Positions 56,232-64,000 of a DNA stretch of 64,000 bases are shown piece by piece (positions within the stretch are counted from its first letter, which is position 1; every line of letters starts with the position of its first letter). The notes beneath the pieces were generated by a model. The model ran no database searches. It had not been told where the DNA came from and saw nothing but the letters and a program-made list of their open reading frames with translations. This DNA comes from an uncultured Candidatus Saccharibacteria bacterium (lineage in GTDB: Bacteria > Patescibacteriota > Saccharimonadia > Saccharimonadales > AWTP1-31). The stretch covers positions 19,101-83,100 of the forward strand of contig CAZXTE010000001.1 of assembly GCA_964643545.1 (NCBI GenBank). The letters are read 5' to 3'. The position numbers and the translations under genes are program-made.

Positions 56232-56945
56232 GTGTACAATCTAGTTAGTACATTTTGTGTCAAAAAAATTAGACCTATGCTTACACATAATATCCAGAGA
56301 AAAATTATTCGCGGGCTTGCACTCCATAAATCCTTGTCTTTTGCTGAGCTTCGTCCCGCCGGCACAGAGAGTAATGTATTTACGTATCATTTGAATACGC
56401 TTATAAAAGAGGGCTATGTAGATAAGGTTGGCAAAGGAAATTACGAACTCACTGCTCTTGGCAAGATGCTTGGTATAAATTCTCATCTGACACCGAAAGA
56501 ATGGTTATCGCAGGCGCATGCAGTAGTGTTCGTGACGGTGTTTGACCCCAAAAAAGGATGGTTGGTGCGACGGCGTAAAGCGCAGCCAATGTACGACTAT
56601 GTGGGCTTTTTGCACTTTGAACCAGTTGCAGCAGTGCCTATGTTGGAGACCGCTCAAAACATAGTGAATGATAAAGTCGGCATTCACGCGGTTTTTGAAC
56701 CAAGAGGTTTTGGCTATGCGCGCTTTTTTAAAGATGGTGATCTACAGAGCTTTACGACCTACACCATTGTTGGTGCTACATCGTTCGAGGGAGACATAAC
56801 GAAGCAGACCGAAACTGGCGAGAGTTATTGGGCCAGCTATGATGAGATAAAGAAAGAGAAATTATTGCTCCCAACGATGCTTCCTATTATGGATAACCTT
56901 CTCAAGGAAAAGCTGTTCTTTTTAGATATGAATTTTGAAGTTTAG
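56232..56945 (+). CDS. winged-helix (MarR/ArsR-like) DNA-binding protein with C-terminal domain of unknown function
   Basis: The N-terminus IQRKIIRGLALHKSLSFAELRPAGTESNVFTYHLNTLIKEGYVDKV is a wHTH. The true start may be the internal ATG at 56277. Confidence 0.55.
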   Translation: MYNLVSTFCVKKIRPMLTHNIQRKIIRGLALHKSLSFAELRPAGTESNVFTYHLNTLIKEGYVDKVGKGNYELTALGKMLGINSHLTPKEWLSQAHAVVFVTVFDPKKGWLVRRRKAQPMYDYVGFLHFEPVAAVPMLETAQNIVNDKVGIHAVFEPRGFGYARFFKDGDLQSFTTYTIVGATSFEGDITKQTETGESYWASYDEIKKEKLLLPTMLPIMDNLLKEKLFFLDMNFEV

Positions 56946-56966
56946 AAGCGCACGAGGTAGCATATC

Positions 56967-57755
56967 TTGGGTTGGGCGTACTTTCTATTGATCTCGACGT
57001 TTGCTATATTGAACCGACTGATGAAAGTATGCTATTGGAATGTCTGCAATGAGACTTCGCCAGAAGATATTGCTGCACACTGTAGTGATATGCCCGGTGT
57101 TGACGTATTCTGCCTACAAGAAGTGCCATATGCACAACATGGGTATACAAGGTTGCCTGCAACAAGGCTTTTGGCTCGTGAGCTGGGCATGGACGGGGTA
57201 TTCCAGCATACCCGCACGTTAAGAAGATCACCGGGCAAATATAAGGCGTATGGTACCGCTATCCTTAGTAAGTCCACAATTATCGGCTCAAGAACCGCTG
57301 TGCTCAGAGATGACATCTTTGCATATATGACTCCCGGCGCACAAAATCAACGCATTGCACTGTCTGCAGCAACTGAAGCTGAACCTGGTGTAACTGTTGC
57401 TGTGGCTCACCTTTCCTATCGCCTACCGCTTGGTCTGGGCAGCGTTGGGCTTTTAGAAGAACGTCGCGTACTTCAAAGACAACTTTCCACAATGCGCGAC
57501 ACTTCAGAAGTGATCTTTGGTGGCGATATGAATGCTGAACCGGGTGGGGGCTTAGATGCTATGATTGGCGAGCTTGGTCTGTCGAGAGTGCCTACCGATG
57601 GTGCTACATTTCGTTCTCGGCATTGGTTTGCTGGCCATGCGACGCGGGAACTAGACAGGGCATTTGTTACACAGGGCTTGGTTGCAACTGCTGAACTGGG
57701 TGCGTTTGGCGCATCTGACCACCGTCCTGTGATTGTGGATGTTCACACCAGATGA
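56967..57755 (+). CDS. endonuclease/exonuclease/phosphatase (EEP) family protein
   Basis: VFCLQEV, GGDMNAEPGG and the C-terminal SDHRPVIVDV are the EEP catalytic motifs. Confidence 0.75.
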   Translation: MGWAYFLLISTFAILNRLMKVCYWNVCNETSPEDIAAHCSDMPGVDVFCLQEVPYAQHGYTRLPATRLLARELGMDGVFQHTRTLRRSPGKYKAYGTAILSKSTIIGSRTAVLRDDIFAYMTPGAQNQRIALSAATEAEPGVTVAVAHLSYRLPLGLGSVGLLEERRVLQRQLSTMRDTSEVIFGGDMNAEPGGGLDAMIGELGLSRVPTDGATFRSRHWFAGHATRELDRAFVTQGLVATAELGAFGASDHRPVIVDVHTR

Positions 57756-57823
57756 ATCTATAGACAAAACGAATGAACAGGAATATCCTAAAAGCATTAA
57801 CAGTTTTAAGGAGGGTTCAAACA

Positions 57824-58039
57824 ATGAAAATGAACGCAGTAGATAAAGTTGCATACCTGCTCCTCGTAGTGGGTGGCCTCAACTGGGGCCTCGTGGGAGT
57901 TTTTGAATGGAATCTAGTAACAAAACTTTTTGGGGTTGATTCTGGTTTGACCAGAGTTGTATATGCGCTTGTTGGTGTCGCAGCGGTGTACGGTTTGTAT
58001 ACTATCGTCAGCATGCTTGCAAAGGGCGAAGACGCGTAG
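57824..58039 (+). CDS. DUF378 family small membrane protein
   Basis: MKMNAVDKVAYLLLVVGGLNWGLVGVF... is the DUF378 signature. An RBS AAGGAGG lies 8 nt upstream of the ATG at 57824. The ORF-track start at 57773 is less likely. Confidence 0.7.
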   Translation: MKMNAVDKVAYLLLVVGGLNWGLVGVFEWNLVTKLFGVDSGLTRVVYALVGVAAVYGLYTIVSMLAKGEDA

Positions 58040-58062
58040 AGCGTCAACCGGGCAGTCACAGA

Positions 58063-58092
58063 AAATCGGGGCAACGCCCCGATTTTTATTTG
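58063..58092 (+). terminator. rho-independent terminator
   Basis: The stem ATCGGGG/CCCCGAT with loop CAACG is followed by TTTTTATTT. Confidence 0.7.
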
Positions 58093-58124
58093 GTTGGCAT
58101 GATGAGCGAGGGTATATACTGTAT

Positions 58125-58700
58125 ATGATGAGTAAAAGCCAAAAGAAGTTATATGGCGTGATCCTATTCGGGGCACTTGTTGGTTTTATTGCTTCTTTTT
58201 GGCAACTACTCGAAAAACTAACATTGCTAAAAAACAGTGCTGCTCCCTTAAGTTGTAATCTGAACACCGTCTTTAGTTGCACGAATGTATTGAATGCTCC
58301 TCAGAGCTCAGTGTTTGGCTTCCCGAACTCGCTACTGTGCATTATTTTATTCACCATTGCCATTGTTGCAGCTATAGTTGGATTAACGGGTACAAAAATA
58401 GCTCGTGGGGTGCGTTTTTCGTTTCAATTCCTAGCTCTCTTTACCGTATTCTTTGGCCTTTGGTACCTATGGCAGAGCATATTTAATCTAGGGGCAATGT
58501 GTATTTTCTGTGTTTTTTGTTTCGGGGGCGTGCTAACGATAAATGCCGCTTGGTTCAGGCTGAATTATTCGGATTACCCGATTTCAAAGTCACTTAAGCG
58601 AAAGATCGATGTAGCGGTCGCTAACGGCGCCGATATTTTCTTCTGGTGCCTCATCGGCTTGATTGTTGTAGCAGAAGCAGTTATCAAATTCACTCGCTAG
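58125..58700 (+). CDS. vitamin K epoxide reductase (VKOR) family membrane protein
   Basis: MMSKSQKKLYGVILFGALVGFIASFWQLLEKL then CNLNTVFSC (CxxC loop) then a later CIFCVFC active-site region, with 4-5 TM helices. Start chosen at the internal ATG after the terminator. The ORF-track start at 57957 overlaps the upstream gene. Confidence 0.7.
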   Translation: MMSKSQKKLYGVILFGALVGFIASFWQLLEKLTLLKNSAAPLSCNLNTVFSCTNVLNAPQSSVFGFPNSLLCIILFTIAIVAAIVGLTGTKIARGVRFSFQFLALFTVFFGLWYLWQSIFNLGAMCIFCVFCFGGVLTINAAWFRLNYSDYPISKSLKRKIDVAVANGADIFFWCLIGLIVVAEAVIKFTR

Positions 58701-58969
58701 ATACGGCGTTGCGAGCGGTTCACTTTGGGGGAGATGGAGACCTTCTCTATTTGTTCTTGCCTATGCTTGCAAAAACGCACGCAACCGATAATAGTATCTG
58801 CAGATGAAGTTATTTTTCTTGGGGGTATTATTTTTGGCTATACCGTACGTACTGCTGAACTCATTCGTAATGCCGCAGCTTCGGGGTCTTGAGAAAATGT
58901 ACAGCAATGCTGACGTAATTGCCGAGAATGTGGCCAAAGGAAAGCCGGTAAGCCCAGAGACAAACGGGG

Positions 58970-60439
58970 TTAGGTGTGTACTACAACCGGCGTGCCAATA
59001 GTGGCCCATGAGTAGATCCAGGCTGCGTCATCATTGGTAATGCCAACGCAACCATGTGAGCTATTGACGTTGCCAAAATAGGAAGACGGCCGCCAGTAGT
59101 TGCCATGAACGGCATAATCTCTATAGAAATAGTTTACATACTGTACGTTAGGCTGAAAATATTCGCTACCATCTGCATTGAACCCGCGCATATCTTGCTG
59201 ACGAACTTTTGAATAGATAGCAAATTGTCCGGTTACCGTTGGCGTTGCCGCGGCACCTGCGGTTATGAGGAACGTGCGAATAAGTACATTGTTCTGGTAC
59301 GCGTACATACGTTTACTGCCCGTGTCTACCTCGAGTAGTTTTGGCCCATTGGCGACGTTGACCGTCTTGAATGGCGTATAGCCAACTGTCATCGTGGCTT
59401 GCACCGAATTCTCCGTTGCGAGCCCGGCAACTATTTGTGATGTAACCTCATCCTTGTTCGTTACATCGGTTCCATTACTGCCGGTCACCAGGATTGTTTT
59501 GGCGCCATTAGCTTGTGTAATCTCTACCTGATCTCGGGGCCGGTGGACAATAGATGCTGTTAGCTTTTGCAAATACTCCCCTACTTTGCCGTTATCTACG
59601 GCTATGTCGTAGCTGCTTGCCTTTTCGTTTGGTGTTAATACTAACCATGAGCCAATCGTGTGCGCATCCGCAGTGGTTTGATCCTGATTAAGCGTTATCT
59701 GAACACTTCTTTTTAGCATACTCTCGAGCTTGGCTTTGCTTTTCGCAATACTCCCGGTTGTTATTGCTGGTCGAACTGTTTGCAACGTTAGCGACAAAGC
59801 TGGTTGTTGCAGAGCACGCACAGCACTCAAAACCGTGTTGCGACCACCGACGATGGCGTACTCTTGCCCGTCCGACTCATCCGTTGTCTGGATGGATCCA
59901 TCGGAATTGACCGCCAGAAGCGCATTTTTAACGGGCCGTACTTCTACCCTGGCATGCTGCGCAAGAAATGTAGAAAATTGTTGTTCGTTTATATTCAAAG
60001 CGACACTTGCTGGTTTTTCTTGCCACCAAAGCAGCGTAGACGAAACGCTGTTTGCCTGACTCTTGGTCGCCTGAATACTTTTGTCGACATCCAGCGCTAA
60101 CCCCATCTGCAAGAGAGAGTAGCTGTTTAACTTGCCGGCATCATCCTTAATGGTCAGTCTATAATCTGTTTGCTGTTTATTGAGTGCACTTCTGAGTTCG
60201 GTTTTTAGATTCTGTCTGGGGATGGTTTGTGCACCGACACTAAAGTGCGCAAAGAATGTTGCACCAACAATCCAGCTAGACAACAGCACTCCCAGTACAA
60301 GGGCGCTGACCAAGTAGGCGTGCTTGTGAAGTTTAGGAAAGCGTACATGACTAGGGTGCTCTTTCGTACCCTTCTCGTCTGAATCATCACGAAGTCGCTT
60401 TGTCGCTACACGCCCCACATTGCTCTGTTTCTTATGCAT
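58970..60439 (-). CDS. L,D-transpeptidase (YkuD) domain protein, membrane-anchored
   Basis: It has an N-terminal TM, and the C-terminal catalytic motif SHGCVGI with an upstream conserved His/Tyr region. The long N-terminal domain could be PG-binding or a scaffold. Confidence 0.75.
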   Translation of the reverse strand: MHKKQSNVGRVATKRLRDDSDEKGTKEHPSHVRFPKLHKHAYLVSALVLGVLLSSWIVGATFFAHFSVGAQTIPRQNLKTELRSALNKQQTDYRLTIKDDAGKLNSYSLLQMGLALDVDKSIQATKSQANSVSSTLLWWQEKPASVALNINEQQFSTFLAQHARVEVRPVKNALLAVNSDGSIQTTDESDGQEYAIVGGRNTVLSAVRALQQPALSLTLQTVRPAITTGSIAKSKAKLESMLKRSVQITLNQDQTTADAHTIGSWLVLTPNEKASSYDIAVDNGKVGEYLQKLTASIVHRPRDQVEITQANGAKTILVTGSNGTDVTNKDEVTSQIVAGLATENSVQATMTVGYTPFKTVNVANGPKLLEVDTGSKRMYAYQNNVLIRTFLITAGAAATPTVTGQFAIYSKVRQQDMRGFNADGSEYFQPNVQYVNYFYRDYAVHGNYWRPSSYFGNVNSSHGCVGITNDDAAWIYSWATIGTPVVVHT

Positions 60440-60569
60440 TTCTTTTTAACTCTTTTGATCAGTATAACACTGAAAGCACAAGCGAATACCTACGTGTTTC
60501 GTAAGCAAAACGTAGTAATTTAGTACCGTTTTTTGCTTTTTACGCAAATGCTTATCTATACTGTAGTTA

Positions 60570-62180
60570 ATGGGGGAAATAGTTGGGGAGTTAGCTGTTG
60601 AGATAGATCAACCCGCACAAGAGGCCTGCGGGTTGTTTATGGTCCACTTGCGCCCAGATGCCGTTGTTGGTCCAGCTGCAACAGAGCTTGCAGCCATGGG
60701 CATCGGTCAGCTTGGGCATCGTGGCAATGAAGGAACCGGAGTAGCCGTGCAAGACCAGGCCCGTGTTCTGGTTATTCACGGCAAGGGTGATGCGAAAGAG
60801 GCTTTTGGCGGCAACCAGTTACTCGGGCAAGATGCACAAAGTGCGATGGCACATGGGAGGTATGCAACTTCGAACATGGATGCGTCGGCCGAGGACGAGA
60901 GTGGAGAAATAAAGAAAAGTATCTACGATACGATACAACCAATGATCGAACAGGCCGAGGTACGCGAAGGCAGGCTAGTGTCGATTGTACAAGGACACAA
61001 TGGCGACATAGCAAATGCCAAGGAACTGACCGAGTTGTTTGGCTATAAACATGAAGAAATAAAGAGCGACAGTCACCTTGCCTTGCTAATGCTAAAAGAT
61101 GCGCTAGAGGCAGGCCTCAGCGAAGTAGAAGCCATACGGCATATCAGTCATCTGATGGTTGGTGCGTACTCGATGACAACCATGATCGGCGACAAACGGT
61201 TTGCATGGAGGGACCCGTGGGGGTTTCGGCCACTATTTTTAGGCGAAATCAAGAACGACGAAGGTGGTGTAGAGGGCTGGGCTGTTGCCTCTGAGCAACC
61301 TGCTTTTGAGGCAATTGGCGCCCGAGAGCTTGGGCCTGTTGGGCGGGGGGAGCTGGTTGAAATAGGGGACGACGGACCGATAGTACATCAATTATTTACC
61401 GAAGAAGAGTTGGCTCAGATCCCCGAGAGCTTGTGCATATTTGAATTCGTGTACTTTGCTCGCCCAGATACAGTTTTAAACGGCGTTAATGTGGGTGCGG
61501 CTCGCGTGAAAGCTGGTGAAATTCTAAGAAAAGAAGAGAATGCAGCGCTACCCTTTCCAAGGCGTCTTGGTAGGTATGCATTAGATCGGTTACGTCTCCA
61601 CAAAAATTCAATTGTAGTCGGTTCGCCAAATTCGGGTATGTTGGGAGCGGAGGGCTATGCACATGAATCTGGTATGCGAATGGTGCCTGGACTCGTCAAA
61701 AACCCGTCCGATGGGCGCCGTTCATTTATGCAGCCCGGCCAGAATGGTAGGATTGCCACGGCCTTGAACAAAATGAATGTGGTCCGATCAATCGTTGTTG
61801 GCAATAAGGTTTACAATGGCGACGACTCAAGGGTGCGCGGCCACACCAGCAGGAGGGTTAATGATCAAATGAGGGCGGCAGGCGCTGCGGAGTTGCACGG
61901 CAGAATTTTTTCGCCGCCCTATAAACACCCTTGTCACTTTGGGATGGACACAAAAGACCCTAGTCAGCTAAAGGCAAACCGAATGAGTGTCGAAGAAATG
62001 CGCAAAGACGCGGGTGATGATTCGCTGGTTTTCTTGTCGCTGGCGGGGCTCTTGAAGTCTGTTGGGAGCAAAGACGGTAGAGGGTTCTGTACTCACTGCA
62101 TGACCGGCGTAGATCCTACCCAAACTCCCGTTCAGATTCGGACAAGACGTGAGTATCTAGAAAGAACACTAGCAGCCTAG
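60570..62180 (+). CDS. purF: amidophosphoribosyltransferase-like protein (class II glutamine amidotransferase + PRTase; PurF family)
   Basis: It carries the GHNGDIANAKEL (HNGN-like) motif and the PRTase motif VYNGDDSRVRGHTSRR (DDS.VRGTT), with C-terminal PC.FG.D. The catalytic Cys in ACGLF is preceded by ~20 residues, so there may be a propeptide or a later start. Confidence 0.6.
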   Translation: MGEIVGELAVEIDQPAQEACGLFMVHLRPDAVVGPAATELAAMGIGQLGHRGNEGTGVAVQDQARVLVIHGKGDAKEAFGGNQLLGQDAQSAMAHGRYATSNMDASAEDESGEIKKSIYDTIQPMIEQAEVREGRLVSIVQGHNGDIANAKELTELFGYKHEEIKSDSHLALLMLKDALEAGLSEVEAIRHISHLMVGAYSMTTMIGDKRFAWRDPWGFRPLFLGEIKNDEGGVEGWAVASEQPAFEAIGARELGPVGRGELVEIGDDGPIVHQLFTEEELAQIPESLCIFEFVYFARPDTVLNGVNVGAARVKAGEILRKEENAALPFPRRLGRYALDRLRLHKNSIVVGSPNSGMLGAEGYAHESGMRMVPGLVKNPSDGRRSFMQPGQNGRIATALNKMNVVRSIVVGNKVYNGDDSRVRGHTSRRVNDQMRAAGAAELHGRIFSPPYKHPCHFGMDTKDPSQLKANRMSVEEMRKDAGDDSLVFLSLAGLLKSVGSKDGRGFCTHCMTGVDPTQTPVQIRTRREYLERTLAA

Positions 62181-62218
62181 ACTTCTGTAGGCATGCGCTT
62201 GTAGAATACATTGGTTAC

Positions 62219-62308
62219 GGAGAGGTGTCCGAGTGGTTGAAGGAGCTGCTCTCGAAAAGCAGTATGCCGGCAACGGTATCGAGGGTTCGAATCCCTCTCT
62301 CTCCGCCA
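62219..62308 (+). tRNA. tRNA-Ser (anticodon CGA)
   Basis: A type-II tRNA with acceptor GGAGAGG/CCTCTCC, anticodon loop CUCGAAA, a long variable arm, and CCA encoded. Confidence 0.85.
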
Positions 62309-62325
62309 CGATTCATATGGAGTGT

Positions 62326-63366
62326 CTAGCTTTGGCTCTGAGGCGTCTCTGGCGCAGAAGCTCTAACTACCGGTCTTCTACTAATTACTTGCAGCGACAA
62401 TAGTACCAGTGCCCCACACAGAGTAATTAAGCCAGAGGCAATAAATCCTTGTTTTGTGAGGTCGTGAATAAATGCATCGATCCCCTTCTCTAGTGCTGTT
62501 CTTATGGTTGTATCCAGATTACCCTTTGCTACGTTGGTTTTAATGAATGGGGCTATGAAGCGTTCGAGTGCCGCGCCAACACCAAGCAGCAGACCGCTCA
62601 TCACCAGCGTAACGCCAATTTTTTTTGCAGCGCGACGGTGATCATGGAGCCCAAGCATAATAATTGTGATCAGTAGTATGGACATGAAGCCAAGCGCAAC
62701 GGGCACTAAGCGAACATATGAGTACACTCTTTTGACTTGCTGAAAGCGCTGATACACTGGTTCTTTTGTGCCATCATTTGCCTGCGCCTGAAACGTGTCG
62801 GCGCTTAATGTTACTTGGGGCAAGAAGTTATCGCTTGATACGATTGTACTGGTGAGTTTTGCGATCTCGGCGTCTACGTCAAACCCAAATGCTGGCCGAC
62901 AGGTAATCTTTAGCAGTTCCGTGCTGGTTGGTATGGATCTTGGTGGGCATGCCGGTAGACTTAGGTACCGCGTTTTTAAGTACGAAGACAAACCCGAGGC
63001 GAACGCCACCTTTTGCGGCTGCAAATCTATAGAAAAACTTGGCTTTTCGGTTTTACCATCTAGCCACTGAAAAGACCCATCGATTATTTGCCCGCCTGTC
63101 TGCTCCAAAAAAACGGGCGTTACGGCTTGTTTTGCCGCTGCTTGAACCCCCGGATCCCCAAAAAAGGCACTGTCAGCACCAGACGATGCCTTGCTGGCCT
63201 GGCCGACAAGATAGTCGGGCAGTGTGGCATAAATGCCACTGCTGCGGAGCCAGCTCTTTATGTGTGGCGGCCGAAACTGCAGAACCAAGATGCTTGTTAT
63301 TGCGAGAAGTATTACACAAACTGCCAGCATGCTGCTGGATAACCCAGAAAAGAATTTTTTAACCAT
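62326..63366 (-). CDS. hypothetical membrane protein
   Basis: 346 aa. An N-terminal TM is followed by a ~200-aa external domain and then 3-4 C-terminal TM helices. Confidence 0.5.
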   Translation of the reverse strand: MVKKFFSGLSSSMLAVCVILLAITSILVLQFRPPHIKSWLRSSGIYATLPDYLVGQASKASSGADSAFFGDPGVQAAAKQAVTPVFLEQTGGQIIDGSFQWLDGKTEKPSFSIDLQPQKVAFASGLSSYLKTRYLSLPACPPRSIPTSTELLKITCRPAFGFDVDAEIAKLTSTIVSSDNFLPQVTLSADTFQAQANDGTKEPVYQRFQQVKRVYSYVRLVPVALGFMSILLITIIMLGLHDHRRAAKKIGVTLVMSGLLLGVGAALERFIAPFIKTNVAKGNLDTTIRTALEKGIDAFIHDLTKQGFIASGLITLCGALVLLSLQVISRRPVVRASAPETPQSQS

Positions 63367-63425
63367 AAACCTATTCTAGAGACGCACACCAAATTAACCA
63401 AGAAAAATACGATACAATAGAGAAT

Positions 63426-63824
63426 ATGAACGAAGAATCAATTTTTACGAAGATCATAAAGGGCGAAATACCATGCCACAAGGTGTACGAGGACGAACGC
63501 ACCCTTGCCTTTATGGACATCCACCCCATTCAGCCGGGGCACGTTCTGGTGGTTTCTAAGACACAGGTACCTACATTTGTAGATTTGAACGAAGAGGATG
63601 CAGGTGCATTCTGGGCTACGCTTCGAAAAGTGGGGAGGCGTCTGCAAGAAGTCTATCCTAATAAGAAGCGGATAGGCCTTATGATAGAAGGTTTAGATGT
63701 TCCCCATGTGCATGCCAAGTTGTTCCCTATTGATAGTGGCACGCAATTCCGCAGCGAGCCAGATCTTGCTGCCGAACCTGATCACGCTGCTTTGGCAGAA
63801 TTGGCTAAGCGGATTGCCTTTTAA
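63426..63824 (+). CDS. HIT (histidine triad) family nucleotide hydrolase
   Basis: The His-x-His-x motif is DVPHVHAKLFP, and the N-terminal region IFTKIIKGEIPCHKVYED is typical of HIT proteins. Confidence 0.8.
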   Translation: MNEESIFTKIIKGEIPCHKVYEDERTLAFMDIHPIQPGHVLVVSKTQVPTFVDLNEEDAGAFWATLRKVGRRLQEVYPNKKRIGLMIEGLDVPHVHAKLFPIDSGTQFRSEPDLAAEPDHAALAELAKRIAF

Positions 63825-63841
63825 GGTGCTACAATACGAAT

Positions 63842-64000
63842 ATGAGTGAAGGTGCAGTAGCATTCGTTTTTAGTATCGGTGTCGGGGCGTGGGTGTATAG
63901 TAAATTTCAACGACGAACTGGCAATCAGACACAGAAATCATTAACGGCAGCCGCCGTTGTTGGTGTGTTTGCTTTCATCGTCTTCTTTTCCCTGGCCAAA
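63842..64000 (+). CDS. small membrane protein, truncated by the window end
   Basis: ATG at 63842. The hydrophobic segments VAFVFSIGVGAWV and AAVVGVFAFIVFF are visible before the truncation. Confidence 0.3.
   Translation, partial: MSEGAVAFVFSIGVGAWVYSKFQRRTGNQTQKSLTAAAVVGVFAFIVFFSLAK

Noticed and set aside
58761-59009. Small ORFs 58761-59009(-) and 58804-59001(+) between the VKOR and L,D-transpeptidase genes
   Set aside because: They overlap each other and the 3' end of the Ldt gene. The plus-strand 65-aa ORF has a hydrophobic N-terminus and could be a real small membrane protein, but there is no supporting signal.

Overview
This window looks like a compact, gene-dense bacterial chromosome segment. 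The overall style is consistent with a small-genome Patescibacteria/Saccharibacteria-like organism, but that is inference only. It contains the replication origin locus: jag-yidC-rnpA-rpmH on the minus strand, then dnaA-dnaN-recF on the plus strand, with DnaA-box-like 9-mers on both sides of dnaA.

The first ~27 kb is a large cell-surface polysaccharide locus. It carries a partial rfbC, rfbD and rfbA, a UDP-glucose dehydrogenase and a UDP-xylose-synthase-like enzyme, two further NAD-dependent epimerases, several GT2 and GT4 glycosyltransferases and a GtrA-like protein. It also has a Wzm/Wzt ABC exporter with an adjacent methyltransferase, a Wzy/O-antigen-ligase-like protein, and at least five large polytopic membrane proteins, two of them clear paralogs.

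The most interesting part is a ~19 kb block immediately downstream of recF, spanning about 34.3-53.5 kb. One long minus-strand operon encodes a VirB4-family ATPase (Walker A GAGKS, Walker B DEAW), with a 290-aa ORF translationally coupled upstream of it. It also encodes a 1098-aa VirB6/TrbL-like polytopic protein, a 2-TM VirB3-like protein, and two bitopic proteins. Two giant secreted multi-domain peptidoglycan hydrolases complete it: one combining GH3/NagZ with a CHAP/NlpC-like domain, the other combining an SGNH esterase with an M15/VanY-like peptidase. Diverging from this operon is a plus-strand array of six paralogous proteins. They share a VirB2/TrbC-pilin-like C-terminal helix-loop-helix with a (S/G)GDP loop motif, and five of the six also carry a Cys-Cys loop. 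The last two copies are recent duplicates, and the array ends in a strong bidirectional terminator. Together this looks like a divergent Gram-positive-type type IV secretion or pilus-like apparatus with its own cell-wall-remodelling enzymes.

Other notable items:
- A secreted CHAP plus FG-GAP propeller protein.
- A secreted repeat protein carrying a 100%-identical ~270-nt tandem duplication.
- Three tRNA-Ser genes and one tRNA-Arg, the latter followed by an 18-nt copy of its own 3' end (att-like scar).
- Hsp20, ComFC, an EEP nuclease, DUF378, VKOR, an L,D-transpeptidase, a PurF-like amidotransferase and a HIT protein.

No CRISPR array, integrase or transposase was found.
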